A program made the translations under genes and the position numbers. Shown here one piece after another: positions 36,036-47,956 of a stretch of DNA of 64,000 nt. The stretch's first letter is position 1. Each line of letters begins with the position of its first letter. The DNA is from Mobula hypostoma (Eukaryota). The stretch lies in contig NC_086097.1 of the NCBI RefSeq assembly GCF_963921235.1, positions 222,458,001-222,522,000 on the forward strand. Direction: 5' to 3'. The notes under the pieces were generated by a model. The model did not search any database. It saw only the letters and a list, made by a program, of their open reading frames with translations, and was not told the origin of the DNA.

Positions 36036-36414
36036 TATTATAATCTTAACCCCATACCAAATATATGTAGCAAGCCATATTAATGTATCCATCATGACAA
36101 AGTCATAATAAAACTATTTTAATAGCCATAACTTGTGCTCTTTGGTCCTGTCTTCCATGTGCCTTTGCCTGTTCTAATACCCCTATACAGTGCTTTCCAG
36201 CAGATGTAAGATAGCTGGTGGAATGCTGTTCTTTGAAAGTAGTGGAAATGTTAGATAGCCTTCCGAAGTAACTGCACAGTTAAGCTTGCCTGACAGTTTG
36301 GAGTTTTCACTTCAATGTTAGATGTTGGGTGACTTCAATTTCATGCTTCAAATGTATCATTGCTGTAGTGATGCTGTTTTGAAAGTGATAGTGTGAAAAT
36401 TCCTGTTCGACATA

Positions 36415-38000
36415 TTTATTAGAATTCTTTGAGGATACAACAAGCACGATTGATAAAGGGGAACCAAAAGGTGCAGTGACTTCGCATTTTCAAAATGCAC
36501 TTGAAAAGATGCCATTTAAAGGATACTGTGTAAGAAAGAGCTCCTTATGTTGAGAGGGCTATATTAGAATTGTAGAGGATTGACTTACTACCAAAAAACA
36601 GAGATACAGGATAAATAGGCCATTTCCAGGTTAATAGGTTCTAAATATTGATGCCTCAGGAATCAATGCAAAGGTCTCAACTATTTACAATTTCTTTTAA
36701 TGATATGGATGAAGAGACCAAGTGTATTGTGGCCATGCTTGCTGACATTAGATGGAAGTTATTAGCATGCAACAAGTCTGTAAAGAGATGAAGATAGATG
36801 AAGTGTGTTGATAAAAACTTACAGATTGTGTATAATGAAGGGAAATGTGAGCTTAGATAGATAGCCTAGTTAGGAGGCATATTTGTTTATTTGTTTTTAT
36901 TTAGAGATACAGCATGGAGTAGGCTCTTCTGGCCCTTTGAGTGACACCTCCCCACAATTCCCGACATACCCAATTTAACGCTAACCTAATCACAGGACAA
37001 TTTACAATTTACATTTAACCCACCTGGTACATCTTTGAACTGTGGGAGGAAATCAGAACACTGGGGGAAAACCTACACATTCCACAGGGAGGATATACAG
37101 ACTCCTTACAGATGATGCCGGAATTGAACTCTGACGCCCCAAGCTGTAATTGCGTAGTGCTAACCTCTATGCCACCGTGGTACCCATAGAAAAGGATAAT
37201 ATTGTCTGAATAGAGGGAAATTGTGGAATGTTGAGGAGAATGGTGACCTGGCACAGAAAGAGAGTTAAGGGCAGTATAGATCGATCATTTTCATATGGAA
37301 TGGTAGGGGCAGGTTTGAGAAGCTTACATGCCAACTCCTGCTCCTATTTTCTTTTTTTGGTTCTTAGAATGCAGAGAGATTGGACATAAAAAGACAGAAA
37401 GTACTTGGGTATGGCAAGTTTTAGGAAGGCAAGTGGGTTAAGTGTTTATTGCAATGGAGGATGCAATATAAAGGTTGATAGCCTTGCTGCACAGCTCTCC
37501 AGGTAAGCTCGAGCTAACAACCGGTATTTCTATATACATCGTTGTCGAGAACACACCTGGAGTACTGTATATCATTTTCACTTCTTTATTTAAAATACAT
37601 ATGTATATTGTATTATTGGTGATCCTAGCAAGGTGTGGTAGGTTTAAAGTATCCAGTGAGGAAAGATTGAACAGGTTGGGCCTTCAGTCATCAGAGTTTC
37701 GAAGAATGAGAGAAGAACTTACTGAATCATACGAGACTCTGAGGAACTTGATAAATAGGTTCTGGTGAGATATTTACCCTCAAGGGAGAATGTAAAATTA
37801 GTATGTATAGTATCAGAAAGGACGTTGGGCCCTTTAAAATAAATGGAATTTCTTCTGAGGCTTGTGTACCTTTAGAAATTTTTAATTGTTAGATCTGTAG
37901 AGGCTATTGAATATATTAAAATTCAAGACAGGCAGATCTTTATATAATAGAGAAGTCAAGTGAATAGGCAGGGAAATAGTGTCAAGAGTAAAGTTGAACA
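36415..38000 (+). mobile_element. Old CR1 RT remnants with an inserted SINE
   Basis: gaattctttgaggatacaacaagc, cctcaggaatc and gctgac RT motifs; ORF 37475..37768 ends EERLNRLGLQSSEFRRMREEL. Confidence 0.7.
36890..37185 (-). mobile_element. tRNA-derived V-SINE (HE1-like)
   Basis: Minus strand has A box (tggcatagagg), B box (gagttcaattcc), V-core ggttttccccc.gtgttctgatttcctcccaca and a CR1-like tail; homologous to 55144-55427. Confidence 0.85.
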
Positions 38001-38237
38001 GTCAGGTAAGTGAATTTGAGGCCATGGTCTAATCCACTAACACATGGTATTATTGAGTCGGAGAGCAGCTCATGAACCTGTATGGCTTGACATACTATTT
38101 CTTTCTGTTAGTAGAAGCTTCAGGTTTTGGGAGGTGCTAATGAGGAACCCAAGCTAGTAACAGTGGTGCATTTGGTAAATGCTGCACACTGTATCTAATG
38201 TTCACCATTGATTGAGGGATTGGTATCTTGGTTTGCA

Positions 38238-39380
38238 CATAGAAAATAGGACAGTACAGCACGATACAGGCATTTCGGCACATGATGTTGTCTCAACACT
38301 TTAACCTACTCCAATATCAGTCTAACCCTTCACTTCCACATTGTCCACAATTTTTATTTCATCTATCTAAGAGTCCCTAAAAAGTCCCTAATCTATCTGG
38401 CTCTACCACCATCCCTGGCAGTGCATGCCACGCACCCACCATTCTCTGTGTAAGAAACTTATCTCTGGCATCCCTTTTATATTTTCACTAACCACCTTAA
38501 AATTATGCACCCCTGTATTAAGCATTTCTGACATGGTAAAGGTCTCTGGAGACAGATAGAGTCTACACTAGCTATGCGTCTTATCATCTTGCATGCCTCT
38601 ATCAAATCACCTCTCATCCTTTGTTCCCAAAAGAAAAGCCCAAGCTTTCTCAGTCTATCCTCACAAAACTTGCTCTCTAATCCAAGCAGCATCCTGATGA
38701 ATCTCCTCTGCATGCTTTCTGAAGCTTCCACATCCTTCCTGTAATGAGGAGACCAGAACTGAACACAATCCTCCAAGTGTGGTCTAACCAGAGTTTTATA
38801 GTGTTGCAACATTGCCTTGAGGCTCTTGAATTCAATCCTGCAACTAATGCAGGCCAACACATCATATGCCTTCTGAACCACCCTATAAACTTGTGCTTCT
38901 TAGATGTGAACCACAAGATCCCTCTATTCCTCCACACTGTTAAGAATCCTGCCATTACCCTTTATTCTGCCTTTTAAATTTGATCTCCTAAAGTGGATTA
39001 TTTTATGCATTTCCAGATGGAACTCCATCTGCTACTTCTTAGCCCAGCTCTGTATCCTGTCAATATTCTGTTGTAACCCAAAGCAAACTTCTACACTATC
39101 CACAACAGCACCAACCCTGGTGTCATCTACAAATTTACTAATCCACCCTTCCATTTCCTCATCTAAGACATTTATAAATATCACTAAGAACCGGAGTCCC
39201 AGAACAGATCCCTACAGAACACCACAGGTCACTGACAGCCAGGCAGAATATTCTCCATCTGCTACTACCTTCTGCCTTTTGTGGGAAATCAAATTCTGAA
39301 TTCACACAGCCAATTTTCTCTGGATTCCAGGTCTCCTGAATTTATATGTGCCTACCATGCAGTATCTTATCAAATGCTTT
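38238..39380 (-). mobile_element. 5'-truncated CR1 LINE, same subfamily as 1478-2706
   Basis: ORF 38477..38881 has KTLVRPHLEDCVQFWSPHYRKD; catagaaaataggacagtac tail. Confidence 0.92.
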
Positions 39381-40318
39381 ACTATAGTAGATGAGGTATT
39401 GGTCAAACGGGCTGCATTTTCCTGTATGATGTCTACCTTCTTGACATTTGGAGCTGCATTCATCCAGACAAATAACAAGAATTTCCTCAGACTCCTCATC
39501 TGTGGCTTGTAGATGATGGGAGTACTTTGGGTGTCAGATAATGCTCTCACCACAGAAGACCCAGATTTGCTCTTGTAGCCACAGTTTCAAGTATGTCTCT
39601 AAACCAATTGAAATTCCAGCACTAAAATATTATAAATGTTTTTTCTCATTTCTATAAACATTTCTTCCACAATTTAGATGACAGCACTTTTCTGTAATAA
39701 AACCATCAAACAAATGATACATTGTGAATCATGCAGCAATAAATTTTAAATATTTTTCACTTGAACATACATTCAGCACTCCACAAGATGCACTTAGTTT
39801 TCTCTGAATTTATTGCTCAATTAATGGGGCACTGGCATAATGACAGAAGTGCTCAACAGTTCTATTTGTTTCAACACTATGAGCCAAAAGAATTGTAGAA
39901 GTCAATTTCATCAGTGCAGTGCACATATTTATTATGTTTGCAAAAAAACAATAAAAACTATCAAACACTTTTGTAGAGAGTGTCTCATTGTGTATTTTTT
40001 ACATCCATACACAAAAATTAAAGTGCACTAAACTGAACTGAAATCAAATGTAGCAGACACATTTGATCTGTTTGAAATCGGCTTCTATTTCTGCAGCATC
40101 GGCTGCAAGATCACTGTAACTCGCTAAGGTTGTTTGTATTTGAGACATAGCTTTCACAGTGGCATAGGCAACAGAAAGGGAAAAATTGAAAACTGGAAAT
40201 CAATAATCCTGAAAACTATTCTCATTTTTTTTTACATAACTGCCAACCTCCCACTTCAGCTTGACAGATATTGTACATATAGTGGTTAATGCACTCATTT
40301 TAGTAAACGCATTAAAAA

Positions 40319-40492
40319 TGTCAGGTCGCTAAAGCAGGGACCCAATTGCAGACCAAGTACTGTGCACACTGTGATATTTACTGAGTAGCAAATCCAAGGG
40401 GGCAACAAAGTCAGCGTCAAAGTTCAGGCAGAGATCAAAACATCCAGAGAAATCCAAAAACCAGAATCAGGAAACAGGCAGAGTCAATATTC

Positions 40493-40532
<40 letters not shown>

Positions 40533-40867
40533 GTCAGATACAAATGCTGGAAAGGCTCAGGAAAACTCACTGGCACAATCTGGCAACAAACGGGTGAAAA
40601 CACAGGACTAAAATACACTGAGCAATAAACAGAGAGGCAGATGATAGGTGAAGCACAATGAGACAGAAGTGGCAGCAAAACAGGTAATAATGAGAAACAG
40701 GTGAGAGGCGGAGTACTCAGTAATACAGGGGCTGGAGTAGAGCAGGAGCGGGGACAGGAACACATGGGGCATGAAAACAAACAGGAGCACACGGCAATAC
40801 AAAACCGCAGACTGATGGCTAGGGAGAAAACACACAAAAAGACAAAGTTCAACTGGAGGTACTGACA
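40319..40867 (-). mobile_element. Probable solo LTR (549 bp)
   Basis: Ends TGTCAG...CTGACA (6-bp inverted termini, TG..CA); composition differs from flanks; flanks aaaa/taaa. Confidence 0.7.
40492..40531. repeat. (CAGA)10 microsatellite inside the solo LTR
   Basis: Direct reading. Confidence 0.97.
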
Positions 40868-41254
40868 TAAAGTTCCCTTGCAAATAATGTATGAACGCTT
40901 TGCCTTCTGTCACTGGGGTGTTACTTGTAGCTAAAAAGAAAATCACATTTTGCTATTTTTCTGCATTTGCTTTTTACAGAACAGTGTCCTCTTTATGCTT
41001 ACTGTCTAGTAAGTGCTTTATTATATTTCCATTTTAAGTACCCACAGCCAAAACACCCTCTTTTTCGAACTCTTATCTTCTGTTAATTTCTTGATCCTGC
41101 GTATGAGATAGCTGACTGCCTGTTTCCAGGCTAAAGCGACACTTGGCAGGAAATGGAAACAGTGGACTGTGATCATTGTATCTCTGTAATAAGACAATAA
41201 AAATCTATAATTCCGCAGCTGGCAAAGAATATGAAAATAAAACAATTTCTCTTG

Positions 41255-41601
41255 GAACACACACAAAATGCAGGAGGAGTTCAGCCGTCCATAAGACCAT
41301 AACATATAGGAGCAGAATTAGGCCATTTGACCCATCGAGACTGCTCCTCCATTTCATCATGGCTGATCCAATTTTCCTCTCAGCCATAATCTCCTGCCTT
41401 CTCCCCATATCGCTTCATACTCTGACCAATCAGTCAGGCAGCAACTATGGGAACCAATAAAGAGTCGATGTTTCAGGCTGAGAACATTCATCAGAACAGA
41501 CGTTTATTGCTTCCCATAGACGCTGCCTGACTGCTGAGTTCCTCCAACATTTTGTGTGTGTTACTCTGAATTTCCAGCATTTGTAGAATCTCTTGTGTTT
41601 A
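41255..41601. mobile_element. Fold-back Penelope pLTR remnant with a CR1 3' tail inserted at ~41290-41430
   Basis: cacacaaaatgcaggaggagttcag..tcaggcagcaactatgggaa is the inverse of ttcccatagacgctgcctgactgctgagttcctccaacattttgtgtgtg. Confidence 0.8.
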
Positions 41602-41644
41602 TGCTTTCTGTTGGGTTGATATTAAGGGAGCAGTAAAGGAAAGT

Positions 41645-41720
41645 TTTACTGTTCATTCACCTCCATAGATGCTGCCAGACCTGCTGAGTTCCTCCAGCAT
41701 TTTGTGTGGTTTTGTCTAGG
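41645..41720 (+). mobile_element. Penelope pLTR 3' end fragment
   Basis: ccatagatgctgccagacctgctgagttcctccagcattttgtgtg. Confidence 0.8.
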
Positions 41721-42294
41721 TTTTATGTTAAGCATGAATCCCAAATAAAAGAAAAAGTGTTTTCTATTCTCCAGAATTTGTATAAGAAATTTGTAAAAGA
41801 AGGTTTGATTAAGTAAAATACAAGTGTTTAGAATGAGACTTTGATTGAGAATGATGTTCAGTATGGTTGTCACGTGCAAAGTGATTTGCCAAAGAACTGT
41901 GCAGTGCACTGAATAACTATAGACAAAGAAGACAATGGAAAAATGGGTTGGAAAAGAGGACAAACAGAACTGATCTTAAAGAACATTCAAGAGATTTTAA
42001 AAGCAAAGTGGTGGAGCTCCTAAAGTATAGATGTCCAGATGAGAGTGATGGCTGCTGCTGTAGAGGATACAAAGGAGAATGTGAATTATGTTGTCATCAA
42101 TAGCGTTGAAAATGTATGAAAGGATATATAACGGGAAGAAAGCAGAGTAGGACCAAGTGGTGAGGATAAGGATCTTGAAGTCAGTTTTCTGGTGGCCTAA
42201 TCCCCACACTCAACAATAATTGCCTAATACCAACTCTCAAGAATCGTACTCATACACTCCTGTGTCATTAAAACCCCTTTGTCCTCCTCAAACA

Positions 42295-42430
42295 CACAAT
42301 GTGACAAGACACAGAAGTCATAGTCATCCACTGCAACTAAGGAAGACCTCAGTTTGGGATGACTACTCGGACCACTGAACCGGACTTCTGAGGTCGAGAG
42401 AGTGGAACTGCCGCAGTGTAAAAACTCTTC
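42295..42430 (+). mobile_element. Fragment related to the body of the 24482-25000 retroposon family
   Basis: Shares gacaagacacagaa...accactg...gagagtg with the minus strand of 24585-24657. Confidence 0.45.
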
Positions 42431-42744
42431 CATACAGGTCTCCTGTCATGGTTGGGTACAACAGACAACCAGCAATTATTAAAGTAGCCTGACATACTAG
42501 TGTGCTGAAAGGTTGGGGTTTGGATTCAAATAAAAATATACCACATTTATCTAATTTTATATGTTTGGATTACTTGCTACAGCTGCAGATGAAAATGGAA
42601 TGTTGGAAATGAAACAACACCACAGAGTTGTGGGTTAGTGACATTATAAAGATAAATCAATTATGAAAAATCTTGAAAAAATATTGGAAAGGATTTTAAT
42701 CTACTATCCTGGACTTAAATCAGAGTAAATATAAAACTGGAAAA

Positions 42745-42945
42745 TTTGACAAAATTTCTTTTTGTATTTGCAGTTTGTTGTCTTTGTCCACTGGCTGAGC
42801 GCCCAAGTTGGTGCAATCTTTCATTGATTATATTATGGTTATTGGATTTAATGAGTATGCCTGCAAGATATTTAACCTCAGCGTTGTATATGGTGAAATA
42901 CAGTATATATATTTGGATAATAAATTTACTTTGAACTTTGAAGTT
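42745..42945 (+). mobile_element. LINE 3'UTR/tail fragment (Rex1/Babar-like)
   Basis: Ends ataataaatttactttgaactttgaa; reverse-complement homolog at 61120-61320. Confidence 0.7.
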
Positions 42946-43103
42946 CTGAATTTCACCTCTGGGTTCACCACTGAGCAAAATCTTAACTGGGCTGGCTAGG
43001 TAATCACCATGGCCAATAGAGTGGATCAGAAGCTGGGCATTCTATTACAAATAACTTGCTTCAAACCCATTGTAGTATTTGTAAGGCACCCATCAGGAAT
43101 CTA

Positions 43104-44190
43104 ATGCAAACAACAGGAATTCTGCAGATGCTGGAAATTCAAGTAACATACATCAAAGTTGCTGGTGAACGCAGCAGGCCAAGCAGCATCCATAGGAAGA
43201 GGTGCAGTCGACGTTTCAGGCCGAGACCCTTCGTCAGGACTAACTGAAGGAAGAGTGAGTAAGGGATTTGAAAGTTGGAGGGGGAGGGGGAGATCCAAAA
43301 TGATAGGAGAAGACAGGAGGGGGAGGGATAGAGCCGAGAGCTGGACAGGTGATAGGCAAAAGGGGATACGAGAGGATCATGGGACAGGAGGTCCGGGAAG
43401 AAAGACAAGGGGGGGGGTTGACCCAGAGGATGGGCAAGAGGTATATTCAGAGGGACAGAGGGAGAAAAAGGAGAGTGAGAGAAAGAATGTGTGCATAAAA
43501 ATGAGTAACAGATGGGGTACGAGGGGGAGGTGGGGCCTTAGCGGAAGTTAGAGAAGTCGATGTTCATGCCATCAGGTTGGAGGCTACCCAGACGGAATAT
43601 AAGGTGTTATTCCTCCAACCTGAGTGTGGCTTCATCTCCACAGTAGAGGAGGCCGTGGACAGACATGTCAGAATGGGAATGGGATGTGGAATTAAAATGT
43701 GTGGCCACTGGGAGATCCTGCTTTCTCTGGCGGACAGAGCGTAGATGTTCAGCAAAGCGGTCTCCCAGTCTGCGTCGGGTCTCACTAATATATAAAAGGC
43801 CACATCGGGAGCACCGGACGCAGTATATCACCCCAGTCGACTCACAGGTGAAGTGATGCCTCACCTGGAAGGACTGTTTGGGGCCCTGAATGGTGGTAAG
43901 GGAGGAAGTGTAAGGGCATGTGTAGCACTTGTTCCGCTTACACGAATAAGTGCCAGGAGGGAGATCAGTGGGGAGGGATGGGGGGGACGAACGGACAAGG
44001 GAGTTGTGTAGGGAGCGATCCCTGCGGAATGCAGAGAGGGGGGGGAGGGAAAGATGTGCTTAGTGGTGGGATCCCGTTGGAGGTGGCAGAAGTTATGGAG
44101 AATAATATGTTGGACCCGGAGGCTGGTGGGGTGGTAGGTGAGGACCAGGGGAACCCTATTCCTAGTGGGGTGGTGGGAGGATGGAGTGAG
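43104..44190 (-). mobile_element. Young 5'-truncated Penelope-like element (GIY-YIG and pLTR)
   Basis: ORF 43607..43864 GVIYCVRCSRCGLLYISETRRRLGDRFAEH; many CpGs retained. Confidence 0.95.
43206..43241 (-). ncRNA. Minimal type I hammerhead ribozyme motif (core intact)
   Basis: AGUC CUGACGA A GGGU-CUCG-GCCU GAAA C GUC GACU. Confidence 0.75.
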
Positions 44191-44457
44191 ATAGTTTCCA
44201 TTTGCATTCAGCTCCAATAATATCCACAAACCATGACACCATCAAGGAGAAAGCAGGCCATTTACTGACATCCTATCAACCTTAAACAATCACTCTCTCC
44301 ACGCGAGGTTCAGTATTGCTGCATTGTTCACTACCTTGCAATCCAGGGCAGATTCCTCACTTAACAACAACACCTTTGTATTTATATAGTGGCTTCAGTA
44401 TAGTTTCCAAGAACTTTCTCTTTAAGTTTTCCTTTGATGCTCTCCAATGATCTGTCA

Positions 44458-45927
44458 CAGACATCCCACCCTACAAAAAATCATTTCAGGGAGGTAGCAC
44501 CCCCGCCCGCCCCCCAAACCCCATATCTGCCCCCCCGCCCCCCCCCCCCCGGTCGACCACCAAGGGTGTATGTAATACTTTGTTTTGTGATTTTGTCTAA
44601 TCTGTAAACCGATTTGGGTATATGCAGAAAATGTGACATTAAAATATGTACTTATATTATATTATCATGTTTATTCTATTACAACTTTAAGCAAGTCTAC
44701 AGGGAATTTGGCCTCATTGCGTAGGACATCAATAGCGTAGCTCCTTAGCAGCCAGCCAGCTAGTTTAAATAACATTAGCTACGCTAATGAAGGAATGACA
44801 CCTGTTAAACTCACCTCAACATGTTTTTTACATTTTAACCCACCATGGGCAATAGAAAAGTCACTGTTGCAAACAGTGCAGTGAGCAACACTGTCATTAT
44901 TTTTGAGATCAACTTTAAACCCCCCCACAGAGAAAACTGATAGGTCTACTTAGCAGGGGTCCCCAACCTTTTTTGCACTGTGGACCGGTTTAATATTTAA
45001 ACCGGCCGACCCGGGGAGGGGGGGTGGTGGAGGGGTGGTGTTAATCACGACCAGAATATAGGTGATAAGTCAATTATAAGTCACTTATAAGTGGCTAATA
45101 CACTCTATTTCGTTTCTAAAAGGGTTTATCTAACGAATTTAATATTAAACACACAGTGCATATTTTCCTCGCATGAATATAGTGATGTCAATTATAATTC
45201 AATAGTATCATAACGTTTTAAGTAACGTTTGGATATTAAACACACAGCGCATATTTTCCTCATATGAACATATAAAATCATTGCAACACACCAATATCAC
45301 TGAATCAGTGGAAGCCCTGGGCTTGTTTTCCTGCAACAAGACGGTGTCGTCGAGGGGTGATGGGGACATGAGGGGCGATACTCAAAGGGGGTTCCTTATG
45401 TCCAGTCTATTCCGCAATTTTGTTTTCGTTGCATTCATTGCAGAAAACTCCGCTTCGCAGAGATATGTTGGAAATGGAAGCATCGTTTTCAGTACTTTTG
45501 TGGATGTCTCAGGATATTCAGCCTTGACTTTGATCCAGAATGCCGGCAAAGATGTTATATCAAACATACTTTTCAGCCCGCCGTCATTTGCAAGCGCGAG
45601 GATTTGATCTTCCCATGCTGACATGGATGACACGTGCGTAAAGCCCTCACGTGCGTTCAAGTTCAACAGTGGGCATGGCAGGGAATGAGGAAAGGTGCAG
45701 CTGACTCATGTCGTTTCCTATCGCCAAATCATATTGTTTCCTCGCAGCCCGGTGGTTGGGGACCACTCTTAGCATGAAGAGAGACCAATCAGGATGCTTG
45801 TTCTCCCTTTCCCTCCCTTTCTCAAAAAAATCGATTTTCGGGGTATTGTATATAATTTCCGGGCGTCAGGGAGCCACTATCGATATGCGAGAGACTCCCG
45901 GAACTTCCGGGAGTGGTGGGATGTCTG
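44458..45927. mobile_element. Non-autonomous DNA transposon (hAT-like MITE) hosting a Charlie-like element
   Basis: Perfect 13-bp TIR cagacatcccacc (44458-44470) / ggtgggatgtctg (45915-45927); flanks ctgtca / ccatca. Confidence 0.8.
44954..45767 (-). mobile_element. hAT Charlie/Buster-like internally deleted transposon
   Basis: TIR caggggtccccaacc / ggttggggaccact; ORF 45382..45666 FWIKVKAEYPE..LPFPTYLCEAEFSAM..KTKLRNRL (hAT dimerisation domain); cttag on both flanks. Confidence 0.92.
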
Positions 45928-46364
45928 CCATCAGTAATTGCTTCCCAATCAAAATGATTTGCATGCAATGAATTGCAACATCATCTGTCCAGACCAGGGA
46001 CATGTTGCTATCACTCAGCTGTATTTGCCTGCCTCAACTTCATGGAAAAATTTTCTGCCAAAATAATAAATTGCTTTTATATAATGCAGTTAACATTGGA
46101 AAACATCCCAAAGCACTTCATAGAATTACAATCAAAAGCCAGATGGTCAGCCAAGAAAGCTAAAAGCTTAATTAAGAGATAGGGGTAGAACTAGATTGTG
46201 TCTGAAAGGCATGTTAAAGTGGTTCATTGCAGAGATTCCACAGTGGTTTTATATGAAGCTCAATGGTACTGCAGGTTTAGAGTGTGCCATGCTCACAGGT
46301 TTTACCCACTTTATACTGTAGACACAAGAATGTCTGCAATTGCTGGAACTCCAACGATCAATTG

Positions 46365-46700
46365 AAAACTACATATATACAAAGACTGACAAGCAACCAA
46401 TATGGAAAAGAAGACGAACTGCAAATACAAAAAGAAAGAACAATAGAAAAAAAATAATAATACTGAGAACATGAGTTGTAGACTTCTTGAAAGTGAGTTC
46501 ATAGGATGTGTGTGTTCAGTGATCAGTTCAGTGCTGGGGTGAATGAAGTTATTCACGTTGGTTCAGGAGCCTGATGGTTGAAGGGTAATAACTGTTCCTG
46601 AACCTGATGGTGTGGGACCCAAGGCTCCTGCACCTCCTTCCCAATGAGAGTAGCAAGAAGAGAGTATGGCCAGGATAGTGGTGTTACTTGATGATTGACC
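46365..46700 (-). mobile_element. Rex1/Babar-like LINE 3' fragment
   Basis: ggttcaggagcctgatggttgaagggtaataactgttcctgaacct shared with 61445-61490 and 48145-48240. Confidence 0.7.
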
Positions 46701-46719
46701 ATGCTGAGAAAGAGGGGGA

Positions 46720-47077
46720 GAGTGATAAAATTGGTTGAAGGGGGTAGACTAGGTTTGGGGTTCGGGTTGCAGAGTGTTGCAGCACAGCCTTCCCGGCCAT
46801 TGGATGTCACTATTGAACTCAGTCCCTCTAGTCCCTTGGTGTTGACCTCACATGCTAGGACAGGCATGTCCCTATCTCAACAAGATATGAGGCCCACCGG
46901 CTACCTTCACATGGTTTAGCCCACCTATCAAAATGGTGTACCAGGGTGTGGCTGCTGTCACATGCAAACAGCTACTTGTTGTACCCAAAACCCAAAAGTG
47001 AGTGAGCTGCCCCAAAATGGACACAACAAGCTCTTTCACCAGAGGTGCTTCCCCCTTCCTGGGCACCCCATATACCA
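46720..47077 (-). mobile_element. Decayed relative of the HDV-ribozyme-headed retroposon
   Basis: Shares cacatgctagga, ggtttagcc, gggtgtggctgctgtcacatgcaaacagctac, caccagaggtg and caccccatatac with 24751-25000. Confidence 0.8.
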
Positions 47078-47956
47078 CACTTCAATAATTAATCAGTGGA
47101 AGTGAACAGTGTTTTATGAGTGGAAATTCAACAGATACATTTTTGCACCAACTTCCAATTTTCCCCTGCAATAGAAATAATCATGAGTAATTTAAAACGT
47201 ATTCACTTTGCAAAATACTTTACTATTTGTTATTTTTTTCCTATTTAAACATTTTAAAATCTTAATTCTAACTTTGGCTCACTAATATGTGCATTTAGTA
47301 CACAAACACCTCTTGAAACAAAAATATAAAGATATTACTGCAAAACAGGGTTGTTCTTACAGTTGTAATGTCTTGTGTAATCCAATAACTGTTTTATTAT
47401 AGAACGTCTCAAAATTAGCTGAAGAATAATCTAGTGGCTGCCACCTGTTTCCTTGGTTACAGTTATCCTTACCAAAATACCCTACAATTCTGCATTGATT
47501 CTTTAAGAAAAACTTTAATTTTAATGATTTTTGTAGAGGTCAATTTATTATGATTCCACTTACAATGGTTTCAAAATGATTGTCCAAAGTCCACCTCCCA
47601 TCTAAGGTAATTTGTCAGTGAAGTTTGCAATAACATTCCATATATTTTTAGCAACAATTAATGATTTTTGCTTGATGCAGCAAGAACTGAATATTCTGCA
47701 TCAAACTGCAGAATAAATTTGTTTCATACCAATATCTCATTCAAACATAAATTATCATTTAGTTGTGAGTCACTGGAAGTAATAACCAGTCTTCTCCGCT
47801 GTTAATAATACTAAGGATGCTGCTAACTCACACCCTGTCTCATCAATTCCCACACATTATTGACCTCATCAACCAAGAGCCTTTCTTACAAAAACAAGAA
47901 ATAAATGCAAAACATTTTTCAAAATTCCTACATAGCAATCAATTGGCCTAAATCTT

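Noticed and set aside
40063..40170. Short minus-strand ORF MSQIQTTLASYSDLAADAAEIEADFKQIK
   Set aside because: About 34 codons with no convincing splice sites or recognisable family; kept only as part of a possibly conserved island.
45382..45666. Domesticated ZBED/SCAND3-like gene
   Set aside because: Only the hAT C-terminal fragment is present, lying between TIRs of an internally deleted transposon.
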